Shown one piece after another: positions 10,063-20,753 of a stretch of 64,000 bases of DNA (within the stretch, counting starts at the first letter, position 1; each line of letters starts with the position of its first letter). A program made the translations under genes and the position numbers. This DNA comes from Myxococcota bacterium (GTDB taxonomy: Bacteria > Myxococcota_A > SURF-8). The notes beneath the pieces were generated by a model. That model was not told where the DNA came from, searched no databases, and saw only the letters and a program-made list of their open reading frames with translations. Where the stretch lies: NCBI GenBank assembly GCA_963674735.2, contig CAXXQS010000002.1, positions 2,208,001-2,272,000 on the forward strand. Direction: 5' to 3'.

Positions 10063-11577
10063 TTAGCGACCGATCGGCTGCTGCAACTCGCGCCACGCGC
10101 ATTCGCTGAGCAGATTCATCAGACGCTCGGACAAATTGGCGTTTTCCGATGTTTTCGACTTTGAATCGTTCAGGCTGGCTTTGAGGGTCGGGTGACAGAA
10201 TACGCGAATTTTGCGCGTCCAGCGTTCGAAGTCCTGGCGGATACCGTTCCAGACATTCACGGGTTCGCCATCGTCGATGAAGCGGTCGTCATGTTCGCGT
10301 AAAATGACGACATTGTCGAGGCCGCTGCGCCGATGCGGAACATCCAGCAGAATATCGTGAGGTTGAAGCGGACTGCGATGCAGACCTGCCAGCAGGCCAC
10401 GCCGGTTGATCTGCTCGACAAAGCTTTCCTGCAGGCGGTCGAAATCGTAGCGTTCATCCCACTTGATGCGATCCAGCATTTCGAACAGCGTTGCCGAAAG
10501 GGGTTTGTGGATGACCAGCAGGCGTTTATACAGCCGCCGTTCGTCGAGCAATTGCATGATTTCACCGCAAATATCGCCGCGTCCGGCCAGCCAGCGTATC
10601 ACTCCTTCGTCGGAATGACCGAACAGCAGGTTCATCAATTCCATGTGGGACAGCGTCGGTTCGCCCAAGGCGCTTTCGCGGAAAGCGCGATTCAGCATAG
10701 CCGTAACGGCACGCGAACTGTGGTGCCAGTATACCTCGGAGTACATGGCTGAACGGGCATAAGCGAACAATTCCACACTGATGCGACCCTTTTCATGAAT
10801 GCCGATGGCGTCGGGGCGTTCCGGGCTTACGGTGAGCGCCTGGAAGAAACGGTCGCGGTCGATGAAGCGGCCGTAGGGCACGCCGCAGTGGATGGAGTCA
10901 CGGTATAAGTAGTCCATCTTGTCGGCATCTACCGAACCGTCGAGAATGCTGCGCAGCATGGACTTGCGGATCAGCTCTTTTCCGGTGTAGGCATTTCCGC
11001 CGGTTTCACCCGAGACGAAGTAGCAGATATCGTCCAGCGCGGCATTCGGCCAGTATTCGGCAATGATTTCACCGAGGGGTGGGATGCCGGGTGGCAAGGT
11101 GAGTGACGGATAGGGGTCGCCGATCGTGCCATCAAGAAAAGGTTTGACCAGGTCGATGTGGTCGGCTACTTCGCCGTAGAGGTCTTCCATCAAATGGGCG
11201 AAGGGATAATGCCCGATATCGTGCAGCAATGCCGCCAGCAATAGCGATTCCACCTCGCCACGCGTAATGGAATCGGTAGCGAAACGGCAGTCTGGTTGTG
11301 TCAGCAGGGCGGTCAGGTAGCGGGTTGTAGTCTCCAAAACACCCAGACTATGCTCGAAACGCGTATGCACCGCACCGGGATAGACGAGATAAGCCAGTGA
11401 TAACTGGCGAACTTTCCGCAAACGTTGAAAGTGGGGATGGTCGACCAGCCGTCGCACGCGGTCGGTGAAGGGGACGCCGATGAGCTCGGGTAAACGCACG
11501 ACTCCGGCCGAACGAACCGGATGCAGTTCTTCGATGTCGGTCAGGAGCTTGGGAATAGGGTCGGTTGTGGCGTTCAC
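10063..11577 (-). CDS. HD-domain phosphohydrolase (SAMHD1/dNTPase-like)
   Basis: FQRLRKVRQL, YPGAVHTRFEHSLG, LLHDIGH, DADKMDYL, YSEVYWH. Confidence 0.88.
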   Translation of the reverse strand: MNATTDPIPKLLTDIEELHPVRSAGVVRLPELIGVPFTDRVRRLVDHPHFQRLRKVRQLSLAYLVYPGAVHTRFEHSLGVLETTTRYLTALLTQPDCRFATDSITRGEVESLLLAALLHDIGHYPFAHLMEDLYGEVADHIDLVKPFLDGTIGDPYPSLTLPPGIPPLGEIIAEYWPNAALDDICYFVSGETGGNAYTGKELIRKSMLRSILDGSVDADKMDYLYRDSIHCGVPYGRFIDRDRFFQALTVSPERPDAIGIHEKGRISVELFAYARSAMYSEVYWHHSSRAVTAMLNRAFRESALGEPTLSHMELMNLLFGHSDEGVIRWLAGRGDICGEIMQLLDERRLYKRLLVIHKPLSATLFEMLDRIKWDERYDFDRLQESFVEQINRRGLLAGLHRSPLQPHDILLDVPHRRSGLDNVVILREHDDRFIDDGEPVNVWNGIRQDFERWTRKIRVFCHPTLKASLNDSKSKTSENANLSERLMNLLSECAWRELQQPIGR

Positions 11578-11595
11578 CGGCTTGCGATCTCCGTC

Positions 11596-12078
11596 TCAGG
11601 TGTGAAAGACGAGGTTGTGTAAATAGGCTTTGAGCCGCAGACGAATTCGCCATTTCATGAACCAGAAGGCGATGCCCGGCCAGATGAGAAGCAAGGCCAG
11701 TACCCAGTCTTGAATCAGCGCCACCCGATCCGGGTTGATCCAGGCACCCCAAATTCCCTGGAAAAACCAGAGCAAAATGGCGGGAATCCAATGCAGCAGA
11801 TAGCTTAAAACAAGCAGATTTTTTAAGTCCAAATACGCCTGAAGGCGGGTTTTCATGCCTTCTTCGATCAACCGAAGCTCTCCGCGGCTGGTGAAACCGC
11901 GCCCCGGTAGGAATCCGAGTGTTTGAAACTGAATGATTTCACCGGTTTTATCGACAATCCAGAGAATGCCGGAAAAGGGGGACGCCGCGGCAAAGGAGTT
12001 GCCGATAATGCTCATGAGAGCTTCACGTCGCCGGGGCAGCACTTCTTCCAGCGTCACCTGAGTGAGAGACAGACTCAT
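11596..12078 (-). CDS. hypothetical membrane protein
   Basis: two C-terminal TM segments; 4-bp overlap with suhB stop. Confidence 0.7.
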   Translation of the reverse strand: MSLSLTQVTLEEVLPRRREALMSIIGNSFAAASPFSGILWIVDKTGEIIQFQTLGFLPGRGFTSRGELRLIEEGMKTRLQAYLDLKNLLVLSYLLHWIPAILLWFFQGIWGAWINPDRVALIQDWVLALLLIWPGIAFWFMKWRIRLRLKAYLHNLVFHT

Positions 12079-12860
12079 GCCGATTTCAACGCTTCCTCAA
12101 TCAGTCCTTTGAGTTCATCGTGAATCAGGCCGTTGCTGGCCATGATTTTGTTTCCTTCCAAGGGGTCGCTTTCATCGGCGAAGCCGCTGATGACGCCGCC
12201 GGCCTCTTCAACCAGCAATGCGCCCGCTCGCACGTCCCAGGGAGACAAACCCATCTCGTAGAATCCGTCGAAAATGCCGCGTGCCGTGTAGGCAAGGTCG
12301 ATGGTTGCTGCGCCGAGTCGTCGCAGGTCGCGGGTGCGGTAGATGAGTTTGTTGAAAATGGGCATGCCGTCGGGGTTCATTTCGGCGCGGATACAGGCAA
12401 AACCGGTGGCGACCAGGGATTCGGCCAGATTGTTTTTGTCGGATACGTGGAGTTTCTCCCCGTTCAAACTGGCTCCCGCGCCGATCTCGGCGTAATACAT
12501 TTCGTCGAAAGCGGGCTGAAAAATCAGACCATGGGTGGTGCGGCCGTTTTCGACGCAGGCGATAGACAGGGCGAAATGCGGAACACCATGGGTGTAGTTG
12601 ACTGTGCCATCCAGCGGGTCGATGACGAAATAAGCGCCTTTTCCCTCTTTGACGAGCCCCGATTCTTCACCTAAAAGTCCATGATCGGGAAATTCGTGAC
12701 GCAGGCGGTCCATGACGATGCTTTCCACTTCTCGGTCCACATAGGTGACGAGATCTTTGACGTTGGTCTTACGTTCGATGTCTTCGTCATGCAGCTTGCG
12801 AAAATGGCGCATCATGATGCCGCCCGCCTGACGGGCGATGGATGTAAGTTGTGCTTTCAT
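12075..12860 (-). CDS. suhB: inositol monophosphatase family protein
   Basis: DLVT, GEE, IDPLDGTVNY, WDVRAG motifs. Confidence 0.9.
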   Translation of the reverse strand: MKAQLTSIARQAGGIMMRHFRKLHDEDIERKTNVKDLVTYVDREVESIVMDRLRHEFPDHGLLGEESGLVKEGKGAYFVIDPLDGTVNYTHGVPHFALSIACVENGRTTHGLIFQPAFDEMYYAEIGAGASLNGEKLHVSDKNNLAESLVATGFACIRAEMNPDGMPIFNKLIYRTRDLRRLGAATIDLAYTARGIFDGFYEMGLSPWDVRAGALLVEEAGGVISGFADESDPLEGNKIMASNGLIHDELKGLIEEALKSA

Positions 12861-12972
12861 ACTGCTTTTTCACCCTCTTTGGTGTTCCGTCCCCCTCCTT
12901 GCTCTCACGCCCGGACATTACCCGAGTGTGGGGGAAAATGCAAGGTCAACCTTCCTTGGAGGGCATGAGGTT

Positions 12973-15049
12973 CTAGGAGGAATGAAGGGGCTTGGGCAGG
13001 GTGAATATGTCGAATGTCGAGGGCGGCAAATCGAAGGCTTTCGCAATCAGTCGATCGGCTTCCGCTTGTAGATGCTCCAGGGCTTTCAGCCGTTCGGACC
13101 CCGCGTTGCCAAGGGCGGCCAGACGACGCGGCCATGAGAGCCCGGGCATGTCCGTCCGGGTGCTCGCTGCCATTTCTTGTGCAAGCCGAAGGAGGTCGGC
13201 GCCGATTGAATTCAAGCGGTCGACCGTTTCGGGTGAAAAGGTTACGGGAACCGGTAATTGGGAAACCGGGGTCCGATAAAGCTCCAGAAGATCGCCTTTA
13301 CGCTTGCCGCGTTTCGCCAGCCAGGCATGCACGGGGGTGCTGTGTAGATAGGCCAGCCAGCCACCCGGAAGTAAAGGACTTTTGGGCTTAGGGAAGAGGT
13401 GGTAGACATCCACCGAAGTAAAAGCCCCTTTCACAGCTAGAGCGAAGCGTGGATAGAGAGCGCGTTGCGGAACGAGCAGATGCGGTGTTTTGAAGGCCGC
13501 TTCGACGCGCGGCCAGTGCAGACGCCACCAGGGCATACGACCCAAACGGCATTCCCGGCGCTGTATCAGCAGACGCCGAAAGGGAGTGAGATGTTTTCTC
13601 AAGGTGGGGAATTCGGCGATGTCGAGTTGACCGTCGAGGTAAATCAGCCATCCGGCCCTTGCATCATCCAGGCAATAGGGTCCGCAAGCCGGGGTTTTGT
13701 ATAAGGGAACCAGGCGCTGTCGTTCCGATGACGAACACCGTGCCGCCAACTCGCCTTCTTCGGCTTCGGACAGAACGAAGATTCCACGTCCGACCGGCCG
13801 GTCGACGAGACCCGCGTTCACGTGAGCCGCCGTGACCCGATCCGCTCCGCTTTGAATGCCTGCACGGATGTCCAGCAAGCTTCCCAGAGGCCGACCGGTC
13901 GCTTCCATGTGATCGAGGCAGCGCTGCTGCGCTTCGTTCTCCAAAATACGCCAGGCTCGTCCGCTGGTTTTCTTGGCTGAGTGGGTCGGTTGGCGGCGTT
14001 TTTCCAGCGTGACCAGAATCAGATCGACACCGGGGGCCGAATAAACACCATCCGGGGCCGGTTCAATCGCTAAAACGCGCATTCGGGGCTTCGAGTTCGT
14101 TGCGGAGCGGGGCGGCGCTATCGGCGGTCAGCCAATAGGCCGGGGTGAGGAAAGCCAGCTGTCCCTGCGGAACGAGAACTTCTACGGCGTGGTTCAGGAA
14201 AAACAGGGATAGATCCGCTTTTCCTTTGTAGACATCACCGAAATGAGAGTTTTTTGCCTGTGCGATGACGTTTCGTGCTTGTTTCTCGCCGAGATAAGGC
14301 GGATTGGCGATTATATGTGTGAAACCGGAACGGGTTTCATCGTCAAGCAGGTTCCGGCATACAACCGGCCAGCGTTCAAGCATCAACGGCTGCACACATT
14401 CATCCAGTAAAAAAAAGAGTAGTTGCAGAGTCGTTATCGCGGCCAATCCGGGATCGCATTCGATAAACGAACTGCCGCCGAGCAGGTCTTGCAGGTGCTG
14501 CCGTCGGGCGGATGAGCCGGGCGAATGCGGTTGCAAGGCTTGACGGAGGGCGGCCAGAGTCAGCGTACCGGTGCCGCAGCCGCTATCCAGCAGACGTGGA
14601 GGGGTGTCTCGCCATTCCAGTTTGGCGGCCAGCCGGACAGCGATCGGGGGTGGAGTAATGTAAAAACCGTGTGGACGGCGGTGTTTTTTTAGAAGCAGCG
14701 TGTCTAAAAATGGGGCCGCCAGATCCGGGTAACGGGGATAGCGATTCGCGAGCAGAGGAAATTCCGGCAGGTTGGACGACCAAGCGGGCTCCAGCAATTG
14801 TTGAATGCGGTCTATGGCATTGGCCTGTAAACCCAGGCGGGTACCCAGGTTTTCATAAAAGGCTGCGGGATTTTGAGGCGGCGTTTCCAGATGGGCCAGC
14901 AAACGGAATAGTCCCAAACGGGCGGCGATCCAGGTCGCGGCCTCGAAGGAGTCGGCCTGCCTGAGGGAGCGTTCTAAAAGAGGACGTAATTTTTGAAATC
15001 GTGGACGATCCGAGATCGGAAGAGCTTTTTTCCAGCGCACCCAACTCAT
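12973..15049 (-). pseudogene. N6-adenine DNA methyltransferase (Eco57I/TaqI-like gamma class) with C-terminal target-recognition domain, split by a frameshift at ~14085-14088
   Basis: ORF 14063-15049 has FYITPP, LDSGCGTG, NPPY; ORF 12973-14082 continues the fold and has a TaqI_C-like WWRLHWPR...YLHS segment; removing one G from GGGG at 14085-14088 fuses them. Confidence 0.7.
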
Positions 15050-15064
15050 TGAGCCATCATGGGT

Positions 15065-17152
15065 TCAGTTCGCCGACGCGCCGTGAAAAGCCGGGTCGAA
15101 TTCGTCGGCCTGGATATTTTCGATGGCGTCGGGAGTGATGAGAATGATGTTTTCCTCCGAGCCGTTACCGGACTCGCGTTTCTGTGCTTCGATGAGGGAC
15201 CGGATATTTTCGACCATTCCGGTGCGGTCTTCGTAGTCGTCCGGAATCCCGTATTTCAGGTCCTCTTCGCCATAGAGTTCACGGATATATTCACTTCGCT
15301 CGTGCAACTTATCCTTGAAAATTTTGCGTACATCTTCCGGCGTTTCAAGGATGTGCGGTGTGATGACAATCATCAGATTGGTTTTTTCCTTGGTTTTGCC
15401 GGTGGAACGGAACAAGAAGCCGATGATGGGGATATCGCCGAGTACGGGGACTTTTTCCTTGTCCTCGATTTCCCGTTCTCGTAACAAACCGCCCAGGGCG
15501 ATGCGGGAACCGCTTTGCGCCATGGCGACGGTCTTCAAGGCGCGTTTGGTGGTCGTGGGTCCTAACGTTTCGGAAACCGATGCGAGATCTTCTATCGTGA
15601 ATTCCAGCTTGAGTTTCACTCGGCGGTTTTCGTTGATTTCCGGCTGCATTTTGACCGACAGCGCAACGTCCTGACGCTGGATCGAGAGGACCGGCCGGTT
15701 GTTGGCATCGCGGGCTGTTCCGGTGACGAAAGGAACATTCGAGCCCACCACTATTTCGGCTTCTTCGGCATCCATACTCACCAGGTAGGGATTGGCTAGT
15801 ATGTTGACTTTAGAGGTGGTTTGTAAAAGTCTCACGAGGGCTCCGAAGGAGGGGAAATTGAAGCCTAAACCGTAGGCGTCACCCGAGCCTTCCACGTCCT
15901 GGCCGCGAACGCCGAGCGCGAGACCCATCAAAGACGTGGGGTCGATGGCCACCGAATTGAGCGAGCCATAGGTGGTGCCGCCGACCACATACGAATTGTC
16001 CAGGCTTTTCACCTTTTTGGCGCCGCTGACGGAGATCCCGGTGTCGACATTGTCGGTGGCGGTTACTTCAAGCAGGACGGCTTCCAGGAAAACCTGGCGA
16101 GGAAAGCGGTCGAGTTCATCGATGATGCGTTTGAGTTCGTTGATGCCGCGTGGAGGACCGACCAGAATCAACGAGTTGGTTTGCTTGTCGGCCGTTACCT
16201 TTACTTCCAGGTCTTCCCCGAATTGGCGTTGCCCTTTGGTTCTTGAACGCCCTTTTTGAACGACGCTTTGCAAAACGGAATTGAGGTCTTCCGCTTTGGC
16301 GAATTTCAGAAAAACCACCTCCATACCGGAATGACGCTCGATGTCGATATCCAGTTTCGGCATGAAAGCCAGAACCCGCTTGCAGGCTTCTTCGGTGCCG
16401 ACGATGAAGACGGTGTTGGTACGCTCGTCGATAACCATCTGTTCGAGACCGACCGCCGCATCGCGTCCGCGTTGACCTTTGCGGAAAAACAATTCCTTGG
16501 CGATTTCCACGACATCTTCGACGGGGCTGTTTTTAGGGGTCCAGTTGTAAACGCGGGTGGTATCGTCTCCGCCGACATCCAGCTCGTGGATGAATTTGAG
16601 CAGACGCGGGATGTAGGCCTGGAACTCGAAGATGAGCAGGAAGTTGTTGAAGGTATACATGCGGCCTTCGCGGCTGCGCAGTTTGTCGATGACCTTCAGC
16701 ATCTCTTCCGCTTCGATGTTCTTTACTTCCACCAGCAAGGAAACCTGCGGTTGGCTGGGATCGAAATCCGGAACATCGTTGACATACACGTTGCTTGGTT
16801 TACGGCGCGATTGGCCGATGTCTTCCATAACCTGATAGGAACCGACCGGCTTCAGGGTGGTGTCCATATTCTCCAGCAAAAAGAAATAGATCGGTTGGAA
16901 CTCTTCGCAAGATATCCCTTTCTGAGTGAGAACGAACAACTTCTTCTTACCGCGCACATTGTCCGCGCGCATCATGTTCATTTTGCAGTGTTCGGAGACC
17001 GTGTCGACCATCGTATTCCATTCCAGTACCTCGGCGCCGAAATGGATCAATCCATCTTTGATTTCAACTTGTGCCCAAGCGCTTGATATCCAGGTGGTCA
17101 GGATAAGCGCGGCGAATATGAAAAGCCTGCCATATCGAAGGGTTGTCGTCAT
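15065..17152 (-). CDS. gspD: type II secretion secretin GspD-like
   Basis: N domains (DERTNTV, DKQTNSL), QVFLEAVLLEV, GSNVPFVTG, KVPVLGDIPIIGFLF, ITPHI. Confidence 0.88.
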   Translation of the reverse strand: MTTTLRYGRLFIFAALILTTWISSAWAQVEIKDGLIHFGAEVLEWNTMVDTVSEHCKMNMMRADNVRGKKKLFVLTQKGISCEEFQPIYFFLLENMDTTLKPVGSYQVMEDIGQSRRKPSNVYVNDVPDFDPSQPQVSLLVEVKNIEAEEMLKVIDKLRSREGRMYTFNNFLLIFEFQAYIPRLLKFIHELDVGGDDTTRVYNWTPKNSPVEDVVEIAKELFFRKGQRGRDAAVGLEQMVIDERTNTVFIVGTEEACKRVLAFMPKLDIDIERHSGMEVVFLKFAKAEDLNSVLQSVVQKGRSRTKGQRQFGEDLEVKVTADKQTNSLILVGPPRGINELKRIIDELDRFPRQVFLEAVLLEVTATDNVDTGISVSGAKKVKSLDNSYVVGGTTYGSLNSVAIDPTSLMGLALGVRGQDVEGSGDAYGLGFNFPSFGALVRLLQTTSKVNILANPYLVSMDAEEAEIVVGSNVPFVTGTARDANNRPVLSIQRQDVALSVKMQPEINENRRVKLKLEFTIEDLASVSETLGPTTTKRALKTVAMAQSGSRIALGGLLREREIEDKEKVPVLGDIPIIGFLFRSTGKTKEKTNLMIVITPHILETPEDVRKIFKDKLHERSEYIRELYGEEDLKYGIPDDYEDRTGMVENIRSLIEAQKRESGNGSEENIILITPDAIENIQADEFDPAFHGASAN

Positions 17153-17240
17153 TCCGGTCCACTCGATCCAAAAGTTGGGGAAACAAACTCCAATCAATAA
17201 AACACCCTAGCCTAGCTCAAGCTTTCGCCGGACGCAATGT

Positions 17241-19334
17241 TTATCGTGGTCTTGGTTTCTCCGGTAGCCGATATATGAAGTAATGACTGGTTTCATGTAA
17301 AAGGGGAAGTTTTAGTTTCAGCAGATCGTTGGATTTCCCTTTTCTCGGGCGTTCGTATACCTCTTTGTTGGTCTTTTTAGGCCATAGAACGTAATCGATA
17401 TCGTATTGACGAGCCAGGCGTTTGATCCGATGAGTTGAGAGGCGCATATAGTTTTTCGTGTCGTTTCCACCCACGCATTCGGATAACCTGAAATCGCGGG
17501 CACGTTGCCACCAGGCCAAGCCGTAATCGATGTCGAAATTGGCTAGGGATCCGTCTTTTTTCGTGACCACCGGCGACCGCATGGCGAGAAAACGGAATGA
17601 AGCCGCCGTGGGGGGAACCATCCATAACGCACCCGGGAGGGTGTTGTCTCGGATCCAGTAACAAACGGCTGCAAAGGGCGACTTCTCAGCGAGATCTTCC
17701 CAGGGGAGGTGAACGCGACGCGCCCAGCCATGGGCGTAGGCGGAAGGGCTGAAACGGTCTTTTTCCGAGATGTCCAGCCAGCCCATGGAATCCACGGATC
17801 GATAGATTAAGAAGAGCAGCAAAAGTACGGTGCCGAAACGAGCGGCGATATTGCGAATCGGCAGACGGTGGACGAGGAACAGCATCGAAACGAAAGCTAA
17901 AGCGTAATAGGCCGCCCGACCCTTTTCAAGGGGGAGTCTGAGCAGATGGGTTCCGTAACTGCGAAAGGGCCATATGTCCGGCCATGGCTGGTCGATGGTG
18001 AGATTGTGCAGCAGCAAGAAGAAGGCCGCGAGTCCTGCCAGTGTCGTGACCGATATCGGGATGACGCGATGGGGGAAATGGAGAAAAGCCTGCGCTCCTT
18101 TTTCCAGACGGTCGCGCCAGATGGCGAGTGGCAGCAGCACAAGCCCCCCGCCGACGAGGCTGGCCGGATGGCGCATCAGGGCCGCGTAAAGCAGAATCAG
18201 AGCTAAAAAGGCATCGAAAGTGTGGCGAGGCGAAATCGTTAATCGGACCACCGCCGCCGCCGCAAAGGCGCTTTCGATCACGAGACCGAACAAGAAAATA
18301 CGTAGGATCTGCATGTGTAGAATGGGTGTCAAGGGCCAGACGGATCCGAACAAGACACCGATGATTCCCCCCAGCAAGCAGCCCCCAAACACCCCCCAGG
18401 CGAAACGGGTCACCGCGCCAGGGAGATTCAGGATCATCAAGCTACCCGGAATCAGAAGCAGAGGAAACCACAGGGTTCCCTTTTTCCAGGCATCCCAGGT
18501 GTTATAGAAATTATAAGGATTCCGGGCTCGTAGAATGGTCAGCCAGTCGTCTGGGGCAACCAGCGGCGCGCTTTCATGCATGCGGAGGATCCAGATGCAA
18601 AGCGGCAGTGCGGCAATGAAACCGACTAAAGTCGCCTGCACGGCTCGTCGCCAATGGATGGCGCGTAGGGACAGTAAAAGGGTCACCATCCAGATCATGC
18701 CGACGAAGATCGCCGTCATGGCGTGGAAGTTGAATAACCAGCCGATCAGAGCGGCAGAGGCGACGAAACGTTGTTTCAGGAGAGGCAGCAAGGCCAGCAT
18801 GGCCAGCGGGATGATGACGGAGCGCGTGGTGACGGCAATATCATAGAGATAGGTGGTGGTTCCACCGATCGGCCAGTTGAACAGCAGAAGGACGGTGGTC
18901 AGCAATCCGGCGGCCGGATGGCGCCCCAGGCGTTCACCCAGGATGTAATAAGCGATGAACTGTAGGATGCGTGAACCGATAAACAGGATGAACAGCATCC
19001 ACTGGAGGCCGACATGAATCTTCAACCAGTTGAGCGACATCCAGAGGTATGTGTAAAAACTCCAGGTTTTTTCCATGACCAAGTCGTTGGGGTGAAACGA
19101 CGATGGACCGAAATAGGTGGTCATATAGGGGATATAAAGTGTTTGGTCGCCCCAGGCGAAGTGATATCCCCGGATGGTGATGGTGGCCACGGCGACCAGC
19201 GCTACCGCCAGGAGATAAGGCCAATGAACCGGCAAATAGTCCATGGCGTCGCGTTGGCACCCTTGGAGTTCTTTGACCAATTGTGCCCAGGTTGTACGAA
19301 TCAATGACAAAAGCTTATCCCATGGGTGGTTCAT
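17241..19334 (-). CDS. polytopic membrane protein, GT-C-like/DUF6798-like
   Basis: many TM helices; periplasmic C-terminus WIRDNT...FRFLAMRSPVVTKKDG. Confidence 0.6.
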   Translation of the reverse strand: MNHPWDKLLSLIRTTWAQLVKELQGCQRDAMDYLPVHWPYLLAVALVAVATITIRGYHFAWGDQTLYIPYMTTYFGPSSFHPNDLVMEKTWSFYTYLWMSLNWLKIHVGLQWMLFILFIGSRILQFIAYYILGERLGRHPAAGLLTTVLLLFNWPIGGTTTYLYDIAVTTRSVIIPLAMLALLPLLKQRFVASAALIGWLFNFHAMTAIFVGMIWMVTLLLSLRAIHWRRAVQATLVGFIAALPLCIWILRMHESAPLVAPDDWLTILRARNPYNFYNTWDAWKKGTLWFPLLLIPGSLMILNLPGAVTRFAWGVFGGCLLGGIIGVLFGSVWPLTPILHMQILRIFLFGLVIESAFAAAAVVRLTISPRHTFDAFLALILLYAALMRHPASLVGGGLVLLPLAIWRDRLEKGAQAFLHFPHRVIPISVTTLAGLAAFFLLLHNLTIDQPWPDIWPFRSYGTHLLRLPLEKGRAAYYALAFVSMLFLVHRLPIRNIAARFGTVLLLLFLIYRSVDSMGWLDISEKDRFSPSAYAHGWARRVHLPWEDLAEKSPFAAVCYWIRDNTLPGALWMVPPTAASFRFLAMRSPVVTKKDGSLANFDIDYGLAWWQRARDFRLSECVGGNDTKNYMRLSTHRIKRLARQYDIDYVLWPKKTNKEVYERPRKGKSNDLLKLKLPLLHETSHYFIYRLPEKPRPR

Positions 19335-19369
19335 GTGGTCGGCATTATAGCCAGCATGACCGGCTGCGG

Positions 19370-20290
19370 TCAAGTTTGCGGCATGGCCGAAGTTTCAGGT
19401 GTCGCTTGTGTCTGAACAAGGCTGCGTAAAAGGTTCAGATTGCGCCGATCGTCTTCAAGATCGCGTTTCTTCGGGGTTTCGATGATCATCGGACAGTGGC
19501 GAAACGACGGATCATTCAGCAGCAGGCGGAAGGCTTCGAGTCCGAGATGTCCTTCGCCGATATGGGCATGGCGGTCACGGTGTGAATCCAGCTTTCCGTG
19601 GGAATCGTTCAGATGCACGGCTTGTACCTGTTCGAGCCCGAAACCGGCGTCCATTTGCTGCATGCTGGCGCGGTAAGTGCGTTCGGTTCGCAGATCGTAG
19701 CCTGCAGCGAAAAGATGGCAGGTATCGAGACAGATTCCCAGGCGCTTGGGCATCGCAAGGAGGTCGAGCAGGTCGCCCAGTTCCTCCGCCCGCGCTCCCA
19801 GGCAGTGCCCTTGACCGGCGGTGGATTCCAGCAGCAGTCGCGGAGAATCGTCGCCCACTTTTTCGAATGCGCGCCGGATGGCCTCGCTCGCTCGCCGGAG
19901 TCCGTTTTCGACGCCTTCTCCTTTGTGTGAGCCGGGATGCAGCACCAGTGTGGGAATACCGAGAATTGCGCAACGACGAAAGTCATCCGCCAGCCCTTCA
20001 ATCGAACGGGTCCATACCTGCTCATCGGGCGAGGCCGGGTTGATGAGATAGCTGGCATGAGCCAGGATCGCCTGCTTGCCGAAGTGGTGGGCGTGTTCGC
20101 GGAAACGCTCGACCTCCTCTTCGTCCAAAGCGCGATTTTGCCATCGGGTGTTGTTCTTAACGAAAACCTGCAGGGCGGTTCCGCCCACGGCTTCACAGCG
20201 TGTCAGGGCTTTCGAGATTCCTCCGGCGATGGACTGATGAGCCCCCAGCCGCGGCAGCGCAGAAGTCTGATCAGTGGCTGATTGGGGCAT
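19370..20290 (-). CDS. nfo: endonuclease IV
   Basis: LGAHQSIAGG, HASYLIN, LHPGS, ESTAGQG, CLDTCH, HLNDS, DRHAHIG, IETP. Confidence 0.96.
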   Translation of the reverse strand: MPQSATDQTSALPRLGAHQSIAGGISKALTRCEAVGGTALQVFVKNNTRWQNRALDEEEVERFREHAHHFGKQAILAHASYLINPASPDEQVWTRSIEGLADDFRRCAILGIPTLVLHPGSHKGEGVENGLRRASEAIRRAFEKVGDDSPRLLLESTAGQGHCLGARAEELGDLLDLLAMPKRLGICLDTCHLFAAGYDLRTERTYRASMQQMDAGFGLEQVQAVHLNDSHGKLDSHRDRHAHIGEGHLGLEAFRLLLNDPSFRHCPMIIETPKKRDLEDDRRNLNLLRSLVQTQATPETSAMPQT

Positions 20291-20296
20291 GATGCG

Positions 20297-20653
20297 TCAA
20301 CGACGAAGGGGAAGACGCCAGGTTGCGCTTCCCGAGCCACCGGTGTTTTTACGTGGCTGGTTGTTCGACTGGGGAAAGGCGGCTTTGCGCCATATCACGA
20401 TTTCCGGCGTCGAGAGTGCACAGACCCACGTGCCGGGAAACCAAAGCGCCTGTCCCATATCGTTGATTCTGGGCGCTAACGGCGTTCCGTGATGGAAATT
20501 GTTGGTGACGACCCAGGTGGCGGTTTTGTGGGTAAGCTGTCTTCCGGGTGGGGGACGAAACGCTTGGGGTTTTGAAGGGGTGTCGGATCGTTCGGCCGGA
20601 AGAGCGGGTGTGGGTCGGTTCTGTTTTTGTTGGGCTTTACGCAATGGGATCAC
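20297..20653 (-). CDS. possible small hypothetical protein
   Basis: open frame fills the gap upstream of nfo; GTG start; no recognisable motif. Confidence 0.3.
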   Translation of the reverse strand: MIPLRKAQQKQNRPTPALPAERSDTPSKPQAFRPPPGRQLTHKTATWVVTNNFHHGTPLAPRINDMGQALWFPGTWVCALSTPEIVIWRKAAFPQSNNQPRKNTGGSGSATWRLPLRR

Positions 20654-20696
20654 CTTATGTTGAGCATACTTATTGAAGGCAAGGCCCGAGATTACC

Positions 20697-20727
20697 AAAA
20701 AAACCGGGCGCGTTACGTTGCGCCCGG
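20697..20727 (-). terminator. Rho-independent terminator
   Basis: CCGGGCGC/GCGCCCGG stem followed by T7 on the minus strand, just after the 20754 stop. Confidence 0.8.
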
Positions 20728-20753
20728 CTGTCGAATCTTTGAACAAAGAGCTT

